This document shows positions 1 to 8,497 of a stretch of 35,048 bases of DNA, piece after piece. Origin of the DNA: Cyclobacteriaceae bacterium (GTDB taxonomy: Bacteria > Bacteroidota > Bacteroidia > Cytophagales > Cyclobacteriaceae); NCBI GenBank assembly GCA_028289505.1, contig JANQPK010000218.1:1-35048 (forward strand). Reading direction: 5' to 3'. Position 1 is the stretch's first letter, and each line of letters begins with the position of its first letter. The translations under genes and the position numbers were made by a program. A model generated the notes under the pieces. It was not told the origin of the DNA. It searched no databases and saw only the letters and a list, made by a program, of their open reading frames with translations.

Positions 1-190
1 ACTATTCCAGCCTCTGCTATAATAGGCAGCAGTATTATTAAGAATAAGCTATAAAGTCTATAATTGGTCACCGAATACACTTAATTTTATTTAGACAAAA
101 TCTAAATAGGAATGCAAAAATTGTTCAGGGATGGTTTAAATCCAAGAGGGGTAATAGGAAATTACCAGGAACGGAAAAATATACCACCAG

Positions 191-256
191 TTAGGTATTG
201 CAACTGACTCAGTTGATACCTAATAATAGTATAGATATACCTAAAATCAGGTATTG
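191..256. promoter_or_regulatory. Cluster of repeated 8-mers (AGGTATTG x2, ATACCTAA x2) forming two inverted repeats upstream of feoA; candidate operator
   Basis: TTAGGTAT (191-198) pairs with ATACCTAA (216-223), with an inner CAACTG/CAGTTG stem. ATACCT (237-242) pairs with AGGTAT (249-254). An AT-rich tract lies between them. The cluster is about 150-200 nt upstream of the feoA start. Confidence 0.3.
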
Positions 257-404
257 TAAGTCTTGCTACTGTGAAGATCAACCTTAACCATTCTGACTCA
301 CTGTCCTCACAATTGATCCTCCTTGCCTAGAAGAAATTGCGTATCACGTTTGTATTGATCATATTAGAGACTTGATTTAGACTTAGACCAAATTCAGCTT
401 ATCA

Positions 405-629
405 TTGAATACCCTGGATCAGGCCACTCCAAATATGCCCCTTAAAGTAGCGTCCATTGCTTCAGGAGTGCTGAGTGCTAAGCTTGCGGAGATGGGCTTA
501 ATACCTGGGCAGCATATCATGATTTTATACCGTGCCCCGCTAGGGGATCCCATAGCGATCGAGGTAGGTGATTATGTGCTGTCCTTAAGAAATAATGAAG
601 CTAGGTTGATCAGTGTAGTACAGGAATAA
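405..629 (+). CDS. feoA: FeoA-family ferrous iron transport protein A
   Basis: 74-aa ORF with an FeoA-like core (LAEMGLIPGQHIMILYRAPLGDPIAIEVGDYVLSLRNNEA), 10 nt upstream of feoB. The track start is TTG; an in-frame ATG at 435 is an alternative start. Confidence 0.8.
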   Translation: MNTLDQATPNMPLKVASIASGVLSAKLAEMGLIPGQHIMILYRAPLGDPIAIEVGDYVLSLRNNEARLISVVQE

Positions 630-639
630 CCAAAAGGTT

Positions 640-2589
640 TTGAGAAAGATCGCTTTAGTAGGAAATCCAAACTCCGGAAAAACTTCGGTGTTCAACCAAT
701 TAACCGGTTTGAACCAACATGTGGGTAACTATCCTGGAGTTACTGTTGATCGACATGCTGGGAAATTCAAATCTCATAAAGGAGCCGTAATCGATGTGAT
801 TGACCTACCGGGTACTTACAGCATTTTTCCTAAGTCAACCGACGAGCAGGTGGCCACCGAGATTTTGGTCAGTAAAGATCACCAGGATCATCCGGACCTG
901 ACGGTGGTGGTGGTGGATGCCACCAATCTGGAACGAAACCTGCTGCTCTTTACCCAAATTAAAGACCTGGGATTGGCATCCATACTGGTGCTCAACATGG
1001 TTGATCTGGTTTCAAAAGAAGGCATCAAAATTGACAGCCCCAAACTTAGTGAGTTGCTCAGCGGCACCCAGGTGGTGGAAGTGGATGCTAAAAATGGGCA
1101 GGGGATAAGTGATTTGAAGCGCACCATTGTGCAGCATTCACTGGCTGAAGAAAAGCCTTTTCTGGCAGATAGTAGAATTTCTGATAATGGTTCACCAGGT
1201 GATCTGTCAGGAGAGGATCAGGTATTGGACACCAATACCCGATACCGGAAGATCAAACAGATCCTTAGTTTTTGTCAATCGAAATCAGAGACCAATCAAT
1301 CGCGCAAGCAATTGAGCCGCAGGCTTGATCAGGTTGCCACCCACCCCATATGGGGATATGCTATTTTTCTGCTGATCCTGTTCATCATTTTTCAGACCAT
1401 CTATGAACTGGCCAGTGTGCCTATGGACCTGATCGACGAAGTCTTTTTGGTAGCTAGTCAATGGGTATTGGCCAATCTACCACCAGGGATATTGACTGAT
1501 TTAATTGCGGAAGGAATAGTACCCGGGATAGGAGGGGTAGTGATCTTCATTCCTCAAATCGCCTTACTTTTTGCATTTATTGCGATCCTGGAAGAAACAG
1601 GCTACATGTCACGTGTGGTGTTTATTATGGATCGATTGATGCGACCTTTTGGCTTGAGTGGTAAAAGCCTGGTTCCCTTAATGTCTGGTATGGCCTGTGC
1701 TATCCCTGCGGTAATGGCTACCCGGTCGATTGACCAATGGAAAGAGCGATTACTCACCATTCTGGTGGTGCCACTGACCAGCTGCTCAGCCCGATTACCG
1801 GTATATGTGCTGTTGATTGCTTTGGTAGTGCCTGAACAAAAGTTGGGATGGATAAATTTGCAGGGGGCAGCTTTGCTATTTATGTATTTGCTGGGAATCG
1901 CCGGAGTATTACTGGTGTCATTGCTACTGAAATCACTGATAAAAACTAAAAGAAAGGGATTCTTGGTGATGGAAATGCCCACCTACAAGATTCCCAGGCT
2001 ACAAAATGTGTGGTTACTGCTGTATGAAAAGACCAAACTATTCGTATGGGAGGCGGGTAAAATCATCCTGGCGATTTCTATCGTGCTTTGGGTGTTGGCC
2101 AGTTATGGTCCACCGGGACGTATGGAGCAGGCAGTTTCAGGCATAGACCCTGAGCTGGAAGATCAGGTGGCGGCAGCGAAATTAGAGAACTCCTATATTG
2201 GTATCATGGGCAAGGCCATAGAGCCCACTATTGAGCCACTGGGGTATGACTGGAGAATCGGAATTGCATTGATCACTTCATTCGCAGCCAGAGAGGTTTT
2301 TGTGAGCACCATGGCTACAATTTACAGTGTGGGGGAGGACTTTGAAGAAAATGAGACCCTGATGGAACGCATGCGCAATGAGGTGAATCCCACTACTGGT
2401 GAAAAGGTATACACCTTGGCTACCGGATTCTCATTAATGGTATTCTATGCTTTTGCCATGCAATGCATGAGTACTTTAGCAGTGGTGAGAAGAGAAACTA
2501 AAAGTTGGAAGTGGCCCGTGATCCAATTTATTTATATGTTTGTATTGGCTTACGGTGCCTCCTTATTGACTTATAACCTCTTGGCTTGA
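640..2589 (+). CDS. feoB: Ferrous iron transporter FeoB (N-terminal G-domain plus polytopic membrane domain)
   Basis: G1 motif GNPNSGKTS at residues 8-16, DLPGTYS (G3) and NMVD (G4), followed by long hydrophobic segments. TTG start, with no in-frame ATG before the P-loop. Confidence 0.95.
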   Translation: MRKIALVGNPNSGKTSVFNQLTGLNQHVGNYPGVTVDRHAGKFKSHKGAVIDVIDLPGTYSIFPKSTDEQVATEILVSKDHQDHPDLTVVVVDATNLERNLLLFTQIKDLGLASILVLNMVDLVSKEGIKIDSPKLSELLSGTQVVEVDAKNGQGISDLKRTIVQHSLAEEKPFLADSRISDNGSPGDLSGEDQVLDTNTRYRKIKQILSFCQSKSETNQSRKQLSRRLDQVATHPIWGYAIFLLILFIIFQTIYELASVPMDLIDEVFLVASQWVLANLPPGILTDLIAEGIVPGIGGVVIFIPQIALLFAFIAILEETGYMSRVVFIMDRLMRPFGLSGKSLVPLMSGMACAIPAVMATRSIDQWKERLLTILVVPLTSCSARLPVYVLLIALVVPEQKLGWINLQGAALLFMYLLGIAGVLLVSLLLKSLIKTKRKGFLVMEMPTYKIPRLQNVWLLLYEKTKLFVWEAGKIILAISIVLWVLASYGPPGRMEQAVSGIDPELEDQVAAAKLENSYIGIMGKAIEPTIEPLGYDWRIGIALITSFAAREVFVSTMATIYSVGEDFEENETLMERMRNEVNPTTGEKVYTLATGFSLMVFYAFAMQCMSTLAVVRRETKSWKWPVIQFIYMFVLAYGASLLTYNLLA

Positions 2590-2732
2590 TGCAAACCGTC
2601 CTAGTTTTACTCTTAGTGGCCCTCTCAGTGGCTTATTTGGTTCGAAAGCTTCGCCAGGAGTTTTCCGGTAAAGGCTCTTGTGAAAGTTGCGGTATTCACC
2701 AACCGGTAACTAATCACAGAAAAGGAAAGTAG
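2589..2732 (+). CDS. FeoB-associated Cys-rich small membrane protein (47 aa; below the ORF-track size cutoff)
   Basis: My translation is MQTVLVLLLVALSVAYLVRKLRQEFSGKGSCESCGIHQPVTNHRKGK. It has one N-terminal TM helix, a basic stretch and a CxxC. The ATG overlaps the feoB TGA (TGATG), which suggests translational coupling. Confidence 0.65.
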   Translation: MQTVLVLLLVALSVAYLVRKLRQEFSGKGSCESCGIHQPVTNHRKGK

Positions 2733-2832
2733 GGAACACCACTCGGACCAGGTAAAATTTGAAAACAATCCGACTTTCTTAGGGTTTATTGATTAACCCA
2801 TTAACCTAAGTTTAAATTCGTTAAAAGTTGGA

Positions 2833-2856
2833 CCCCGCCTCTGGCGGGGTTTTTTA
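2833..2856. terminator. Rho-independent terminator shared by convergent feo operon and the MscS-like gene
   Basis: CCCCGCC-tct-GGCGGGG is a perfect 7-bp GC stem followed by a T-run (TTTTTTAT) on the plus strand. It directly abuts the stop of the minus-strand gene at 2854. Confidence 0.75.
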
Positions 2857-3375
2857 TTTCGATGAAGGCTGATTAAGCGCTATCATTTTTTGAAGGATCA
2901 AGGTATTGGGGATGGAAACCATGCCTCGATCTTTAGTCTCAATCAGAAAAAAAACCAGGCCAATTTCCTGTACAGTGCCGCTGATTTCAACATCCTTCTC
3001 AAAAATGGTGATATTATTACCACGACGGATATCATTGCTAAAAAAAAGGATCAAGCCGGCGGTTATATTGGATAAAATCGACCACTGGGCGAAGAAACCG
3101 ATTCCAATCACTGTGAGTACTGAAGTCAGGAATAAAAAAATGTCCCCTTGTTTCACTCCCCAGATTGATGCGAAAACAATTCCAAAAAAAATCAGGATTA
3201 GAAACCTTAACACCCGTCGCACCAGAATCATTCGGTCTTGCCCAAATGATCTTGATAGCATTCTTCTCTGAATGGCAAAGTTTATAGCAAATCTCGAAAA
3301 CAAATAAAGTAAAATGACTACCAGGGTTTGTATGGCCTGATTTTGGTAAGTAGAAAGTACGTTAAAAAGGTCCAA
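2854..3375 (-). CDS. Short mechanosensitive (MscS-family) channel-like membrane protein
   Basis: 173 aa with three hydrophobic helices. The MscS pore-helix/beta-domain signature is present: FAQWSILSNITAGLILFF...ISGTVQEIGLVFFLIETKDRGMVSIPNTLI. The usual C-terminal alpha/beta domain is missing. Confidence 0.65.
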   Translation of the reverse strand: MDLFNVLSTYQNQAIQTLVVILLYLFSRFAINFAIQRRMLSRSFGQDRMILVRRVLRFLILIFFGIVFASIWGVKQGDIFLFLTSVLTVIGIGFFAQWSILSNITAGLILFFSNDIRRGNNITIFEKDVEISGTVQEIGLVFFLIETKDRGMVSIPNTLILQKMIALNQPSSK

Positions 3376-3489
3376 TGCTTTGAGGTTTAATCAAAACTAA
3401 TACAAAGCAAGATTACCGCAGTGCATAATGTGGTTGAATATTCAAGAGTTTCCTGTATATTAAGGGTCCAGTGGAATCACTGGGTTGAT

Positions 3490-3523
3490 AAAATAAGCCC
3501 TGCCAACGTGGATTTGGCGGGGC
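3490..3523 (-). terminator. Probable intrinsic terminator after the hydrolase gene
   Basis: GCCCTGCCAA (3497-3506) pairs with TTGGCGGGGC (3514-3523) as a 10-bp stem containing one G-U pair. A U-rich run follows on the minus strand (AAAATAA on the plus strand at 3490-3496). The stem starts at the stop codon of the 3523..4341 gene. Confidence 0.5.
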
Positions 3524-4341
3524 TATTTTTGTAGAAACCCAATCACCGCACCTATAACAGCGTGATTGCTTAGGATTCTGAAGTGTCCGGTCCCCTCTAT
3601 TTCCATCAACTTAGCTGGTGGCCAGTTTTGATGTACATGCTTAGACTGGTATATAGGGATGACTCTATCATGACGGTCATGAATAATTAAGGCCTGCTTT
3701 ACCCTAATTTGTTTTACAAAATCACTGACGTTCAAAGCGTACACATCTTGACCGGTTTCTTTGGTCAATCTGGTGATCAGTCTGTCTTCTACTTTTTTGG
3801 TGATTCCCAGCTTCTCAGATACATCCTGGATTTGATCAATGAAACGATCAGGGGTGGTCAATAAAATATATTTTTCGATCACGATATCTTGATTTGAGAA
3901 AAGGGCATAGGTGGTAGCTACTCCTCCAAAGGAATGGCTCACTAAGTTTTTTACATGGAATTTTTTGATTAAGACCGCTACCAACTCTGTAAACTCAAAC
4001 AAACTGGTCTTACCTTTACTACTGTATCCATGAGATGGGGCATCAAAAGCATATACTTTGAAATCATGCTGCAACAATCTTTCAATTAGATCGGCAAAAT
4101 TCCCGGCTTGCCCTTCCCAACCATGAATGAGTAATACTTCATAGGGTCCCTTTCCCCATTGGTACAATTTGATATCATAACCCTTAAACTTAAAGTTATC
4201 CTGCTTCGCCTTGTCCAATATCCTGGTTTCATACTCTCGAAGCTTCTTCACCTGGGGATTAGTTAATTGTTGGTAGGCAAACGATACTACCAGGTTGGGG
4301 ACAATTTTTGAAAGGGTTTTGACCAAGAATTTCTTCACCAA
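3523..4341 (-). CDS. Alpha/beta-fold hydrolase
   Basis: HGWEGQAGNF (oxyanion-hole HG region), nucleophile elbow SHSFGG (GxSxG-type), and C-terminal DRV...GHF elements. The start is TTG or GTG (4341/4338). The gene lies 9 nt downstream of the preceding gene. Confidence 0.8.
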   Translation of the reverse strand: MVKKFLVKTLSKIVPNLVVSFAYQQLTNPQVKKLREYETRILDKAKQDNFKFKGYDIKLYQWGKGPYEVLLIHGWEGQAGNFADLIERLLQHDFKVYAFDAPSHGYSSKGKTSLFEFTELVAVLIKKFHVKNLVSHSFGGVATTYALFSNQDIVIEKYILLTTPDRFIDQIQDVSEKLGITKKVEDRLITRLTKETGQDVYALNVSDFVKQIRVKQALIIHDRHDRVIPIYQSKHVHQNWPPAKLMEIEGTGHFRILSNHAVIGAVIGFLQK

Positions 4342-4350
4342 AGATTGAGG

Positions 4351-5988
4351 CTACTGCTGCTGCAGATATTTGTGTACTGAAGATATCACTACCGAGCCCT
4401 CTCCAACCGCCGAAGCCACTCTTTTGATTGAGCCTGACCTAATATCCCCGACGGCAAATATCCCGGGCTGAGAGGTTTGAAAATCGGAATTGCCGTCACC
4501 GGTTCCATAACCTGTCAGAATGAACCCGTGCTCATCCAAGGACACTTGCTCATCAAGCCAACGGGTATTCGGCTGAGCTCCAATCATTATAAACAAGGCA
4601 TTGGCCTCAATATGTTGCTGCTCTTGAGTGAGTTTATGGCGTATTGAGATACCTTCAAGTCGGCCTTTTCCATGAAGCTCGCATACTTCGGAGTTGGTAA
4701 TTAGTTTGATCCGTTGATGGGTCATGATTCTATCGGAAAGATAGGAGGACATAGTAGCGCCCAGACCCGCACCACGAACAATCACATAAGTGCATTCCGC
4801 ATATCTAGACAGAAACATAGCCGCCTGCCCTGCAGAATTACCTCCGCCAACTATCACTACTTTACTATCAATACAATGACGTGCTTCTAGATCTGTGGCT
4901 GCATAGTATATACCGTTACCCTCAAATTCGGGGAGTCTGCTCAAATTGAGTTTTCGGTAACGAGCACCATTGGCAAGTATCACAGATTTTCCTTTTACAC
5001 ATCGTTCGTCATCCAGCGCAATATGGAACTGATCATCCTTTAGGAGTAATTTGGTGGCCCTTCTGGGCACTGTTATACGGGCACCAAACTTAATAGCTTG
5101 TACCTCGGCCTTGTAGGCTAAGGAGCTACCGCTGATGCCCTGAGGAAATCCCAGATAATTCTCAATTCTACTGGAAGTACCAGCCTGCCCACCAATGGCG
5201 GTGTCTTCCATGGTCAGCACTGAAAGTCCTTCTGAAGCCCCATAAATTGAAGCTGCCAGGCCTGCAGGGCCTGCTCCTACAATCAGCAGATCGAATACTT
5301 GATTGGTGTCCACTACCAGATCCATTCCCAGCGCCAAGGCCACGTCTTTTGGGGAAGGATTAATAAGTATTTCCGAGTTTCCAACAATAACCACTGTATC
5401 TGAATCGGTTAGTTCACCATAATCTTTTAGCTTCCCTAACATTGCGCTATTAGATCTATCTACCCAGCGGTGGGGTATTCTGCTCCTACTGGCAAACTCT
5501 AATAGTATGGAGGTATTTCTATTATCACTATTGCCCATTATTACCAGCCCTCCTTCGCCCCACTCAATGAGAAGTCGTCTTCTGGCGGCGTAGGCACGAA
5601 CGATTATGTCACCTATTTCTGGCTCTGTAGCCATAAAAATCCTGATGTCTGATTGTGGAATAACCGTTAAAGTGCAGTGGGTTTCTGCCACTCCAGCCAA
5701 GAAAGTCTTTTGCCCCATCAGCATTCCCAACTCACCGAGAAAGTTCCCTGCTTTAATACTGACAATGGTTTTATTTACCGTGCGGTCAACGATGTTAAAG
5801 GTTCCTTTTTCGATTAGAGCAAAATCATAGCCGTCCTGCCCAACCTCAAACAAGACTTCTCCCGGTGATAGATTGCGTGGGGTTCCTTTTTGCCTAACGA
5901 AGTCCAGGAAAAACGGTGGGAGTGAAGGCCAGGCTTCTCGTTCCAGATCATTTTCAGGCAAAGAAGTTCGGGGATTAGGTTGCTGCAT
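4351..5988 (-). CDS. Cyclic-nucleotide-binding-domain protein fused to a thioredoxin-reductase-like FAD/NAD(P) oxidoreductase (no CxxC)
   Basis: The N-terminus has a CNB-like fold (GEVLFEVGQDGYDFALIEKG...GNFLGELGML). It is followed by DLLIVGAGPAGLAASIYGA (FAD GxGxxG), VVIVGGGNSAGQAAMFL (NAD(P)) and FAVGDIR. The start is set at the ATG at 5988; the track's TTG at 6006 adds only 6 aa. Confidence 0.8.
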   Translation of the reverse strand: MQQPNPRTSLPENDLEREAWPSLPPFFLDFVRQKGTPRNLSPGEVLFEVGQDGYDFALIEKGTFNIVDRTVNKTIVSIKAGNFLGELGMLMGQKTFLAGVAETHCTLTVIPQSDIRIFMATEPEIGDIIVRAYAARRRLLIEWGEGGLVIMGNSDNRNTSILLEFASRSRIPHRWVDRSNSAMLGKLKDYGELTDSDTVVIVGNSEILINPSPKDVALALGMDLVVDTNQVFDLLIVGAGPAGLAASIYGASEGLSVLTMEDTAIGGQAGTSSRIENYLGFPQGISGSSLAYKAEVQAIKFGARITVPRRATKLLLKDDQFHIALDDERCVKGKSVILANGARYRKLNLSRLPEFEGNGIYYAATDLEARHCIDSKVVIVGGGNSAGQAAMFLSRYAECTYVIVRGAGLGATMSSYLSDRIMTHQRIKLITNSEVCELHGKGRLEGISIRHKLTQEQQHIEANALFIMIGAQPNTRWLDEQVSLDEHGFILTGYGTGDGNSDFQTSQPGIFAVGDIRSGSIKRVASAVGEGSVVISSVHKYLQQQ

Positions 5989-6058
5989 AGGAAAAGTGGT
6001 TATCAATTCTCACCAATATCCAAATTTCCATTGGCGCAACCTTATTTCCAACTTTCAA

Positions 6059-8497
6059 TCATTCATCTTTCAGGTATTCCACTGGATTTAGCTTAATGGA
6101 GCGGATTAATTGGTGAAGGTTTGAGATAACAATCACCAAGATTAAAATCAACAACCCGATGAGATAATTCACAAACCCAAAATCAGTGGCATAGGCAAAA
6201 TTATCTAGCCATTTTGAGGATAGATAGTATACCAACGGCCATGCGGATATACAAGCTATTGAAACAATTATCAGATATTCCTTTAGTACTTCCAGTGTGA
6301 TATTTCCTGAGGATGCTCCCAGAACTTTCCGAATTCCCATCTCCTTACTTCTCCTTCTAAAAGAGTGAGTGGCCAAGCCAAAAGCGCCGAGAGCAGCAAC
6401 GAAAATCGATAGCACCGTAAACAGTAGCATGATTTTACCACTGGCTAATTCGCGCTGATAAGTGCTTGCTATTTCGTCGTTGATAAAAAGAAGTTCCATA
6501 GGTTTATCGGTGTTGAAGGCTTTATAAACCGATTCGATCGCTTCAATTTGATCAGCCATCGATCCCGGGCTCAACTTGATATTCAAGAAATCCGTAAAGT
6601 TTGGATGTTGATTGATATAAATAACCAAGGGATCAACGGATTGATAGAAAGATTTAAAATGAAAATCTTCCACAATACCAATGATTTTACCTTTCCTGAT
6701 CTCACGTTTTCCGGTATAGATGGATAATTCTATATTCTCACCTAAAAGCTCACCTCCAAGGTGGTCAGCAGCAGATCTATTGATGATAAAGGCTTCTGAT
6801 TGATCGGTTATATAATCTTTACTAAAATCTCTACCACTTGCCAACTTTATATCAAAGGTCTTGAGAAAGTCTTCATCAACTCCCAGGGTAGGCCATTCAA
6901 TGCCCTGGAAATTCGGTCTATCCGGAAATTTAACGTCAAAGCCGTGGAAGCTTTCGCTCAACCCAAGGATGGCACTTGAAGCCGCGGTATTTTGGATGAA
7001 AGACAGTTGGCTTAGCTGTGCCTTAAGTTCCTTAACATGCTGAATATCATGATCATCAGCCATCTTTATTGCTACATGGTAGTCCTTGCTGAATCCTGGG
7101 TTTTTAGAGGTTAGGTAATGGTATTGTTGAATTAGGAGCATGGTAATCAGAATCAAGATCATAGAAATGGAGAACTGAGTAGAGACTAGTGTTTTCCTTT
7201 GGATCCCTTTATTCATATACTTACCAATATTGTTTTTAATGGCGTCAATAGGATTGAATTTAATGGTAACTAGTGTCGGGTAAAATCCAGCAAGTCCGGA
7301 GGTGACTATTAGCCCCAACAATACCCAAATTGTAAGTTGATAATTTACCAGCAGTTCCGAAATGGTATTACCATCTATCAATTTTGAGATCAAAGGGTCC
7401 CAAATGATCAGAAGAATCAGTACTGAAAGCACAAATGATATGGCAATAATCAACCAGGATTCTACAAAGAACTGTTGTATCAGTTGATCCCGCTTTGATC
7501 CCATGGTTTTTTTTAGACCAATCTCTTTCATCCTTTTCTGGTTGTTGGCGGTGGTCAGATTCACATAATTGATAATCGCGATCAATAATATGAACATCCC
7601 TAATAATAAGAATAGATTGATATTAATTTGAGTATTGTTTGGTTTCCATTCGCCTTGCCTGTTGGATTGTAAATGGATATCGGTCAACGGTTGAAAAACG
7701 ATTTCAGGATTACTGTCCAGATATCCTGGTTTTGCATTAGTGTTCAAAACATCCTGTGCAACTTTCTCCAATGAAGATAAATTCGCTTCAGGCTCTAAAC
7801 GAGCATATAAAAAGGCAGTAGGATAGAACCAACTGTAATACCAGGGTGCGAATTGATCCAGGCTTTTAATGGAAGCTATGAAGTCAAAATCTAAATGGGT
7901 GTTAAACGGATTGTCTTCAATTACAGCAGTAACTGTAAAAGAAAGTTCGTCAGAACCTTCATCAAAGCTTAGTGTTTGGCCAATTGGATTTTGCTCTCCG
8001 AAGTATTGCAAGGCTTTGCTTTGGGTAATGATCAGTTGAAATGGTGCTTGTAATGAATTCTCCAGAGATCCTTGTCGAACTTCCATCGGGAATATGTCTA
8101 ATATCTCAGGATCAGCAAATACGAATTGGTTTTCTTTGGACTTTTGGTTGGCCTGATATTTCAAATATCCTGGCCAAGGAATCATCCTGGCTAAAACCAA
8201 TTCACTTCCAACTGCCTCATGGTAGAAATCGAGAAAAGGAATCGGAGATCGTGCAGACTCTTGATAACTGCCATCTTCGGTGGAATTAATGGTAATTCGG
8301 TAGATGTTCTCGGCATTGGGAAAATGATCATCGTAACTGGTTTCTTGTACATAATAAAGCAGTAAAACACTGAATGAGATTATGCCTAAGACCAAGCCGA
8401 TTACATTGATGCCTGAGAATATGGGGTTTTGCCTGAAAATTCTGATCGCTATTTTGAGGCTATGGTTCCATAGACCCCTGTTTAGATTAACCTTCAT
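6059..8497 (-). CDS. ABC transporter permease, double FtsX/MacB-like (paralog a, most divergent N-terminus)
   Basis: 812 aa with an N-terminal TM, a large extracytoplasmic domain, a 4-TM FtsX block, a second extracytoplasmic domain and a second FtsX block (KEMGIRKVLGAS). The C-terminus is NPVEYLKDE. The ATG overlaps the upstream ATPase stop by 11 nt. Confidence 0.9.
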   Translation of the reverse strand: MKVNLNRGLWNHSLKIAIRIFRQNPIFSGINVIGLVLGIISFSVLLLYYVQETSYDDHFPNAENIYRITINSTEDGSYQESARSPIPFLDFYHEAVGSELVLARMIPWPGYLKYQANQKSKENQFVFADPEILDIFPMEVRQGSLENSLQAPFQLIITQSKALQYFGEQNPIGQTLSFDEGSDELSFTVTAVIEDNPFNTHLDFDFIASIKSLDQFAPWYYSWFYPTAFLYARLEPEANLSSLEKVAQDVLNTNAKPGYLDSNPEIVFQPLTDIHLQSNRQGEWKPNNTQININLFLLLGMFILLIAIINYVNLTTANNQKRMKEIGLKKTMGSKRDQLIQQFFVESWLIIAISFVLSVLILLIIWDPLISKLIDGNTISELLVNYQLTIWVLLGLIVTSGLAGFYPTLVTIKFNPIDAIKNNIGKYMNKGIQRKTLVSTQFSISMILILITMLLIQQYHYLTSKNPGFSKDYHVAIKMADDHDIQHVKELKAQLSQLSFIQNTAASSAILGLSESFHGFDVKFPDRPNFQGIEWPTLGVDEDFLKTFDIKLASGRDFSKDYITDQSEAFIINRSAADHLGGELLGENIELSIYTGKREIRKGKIIGIVEDFHFKSFYQSVDPLVIYINQHPNFTDFLNIKLSPGSMADQIEAIESVYKAFNTDKPMELLFINDEIASTYQRELASGKIMLLFTVLSIFVAALGAFGLATHSFRRRSKEMGIRKVLGASSGNITLEVLKEYLIIVSIACISAWPLVYYLSSKWLDNFAYATDFGFVNYLIGLLILILVIVISNLHQLIRSIKLNPVEYLKDE

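Noticed and set aside
1-404. Possible riboswitch, sRNA or small ORF (e.g. a 31-aa ORF starting at the ATG at 112) in the 400-nt region before feoA
   Set aside because: I recognised no riboswitch core sequence. The small ORF has no distinctive features. Only the repeated 8-mers at 191-256 were kept, as a low-confidence regulatory call.
888-1982. Several 60-126 aa ORFs inside feoB (888..1127 -, 917..1108 +, 1127..1315 +, 1602..1982 -)
   Set aside because: They are fully nested in the well-supported feoB frame. Their sequences are low-complexity or biased with no recognisable motifs, as expected for off-frame and antisense artefacts.
2947-3191. Three A8 and one A7 homopolymer tracts inside the MscS-like gene (2947-2954, 3040-3047, 3134-3140, 3184-3191), considered as slipped-strand phase-variation sites
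   Set aside because: On the coding strand these are T-runs that encode the Phe/Leu-rich TM helices of a membrane protein in an AT-leaning genome. The tracts are short and the frame is intact. There is no evidence of switching.
5989-6006. TTG-initiated 6-codon extension of the CNB/TrxR-like gene
   Set aside because: An ATG at 5988 gives a normal start, and the extension adds only MITTFP. The choice cannot be settled from sequence, so the ATG was preferred.
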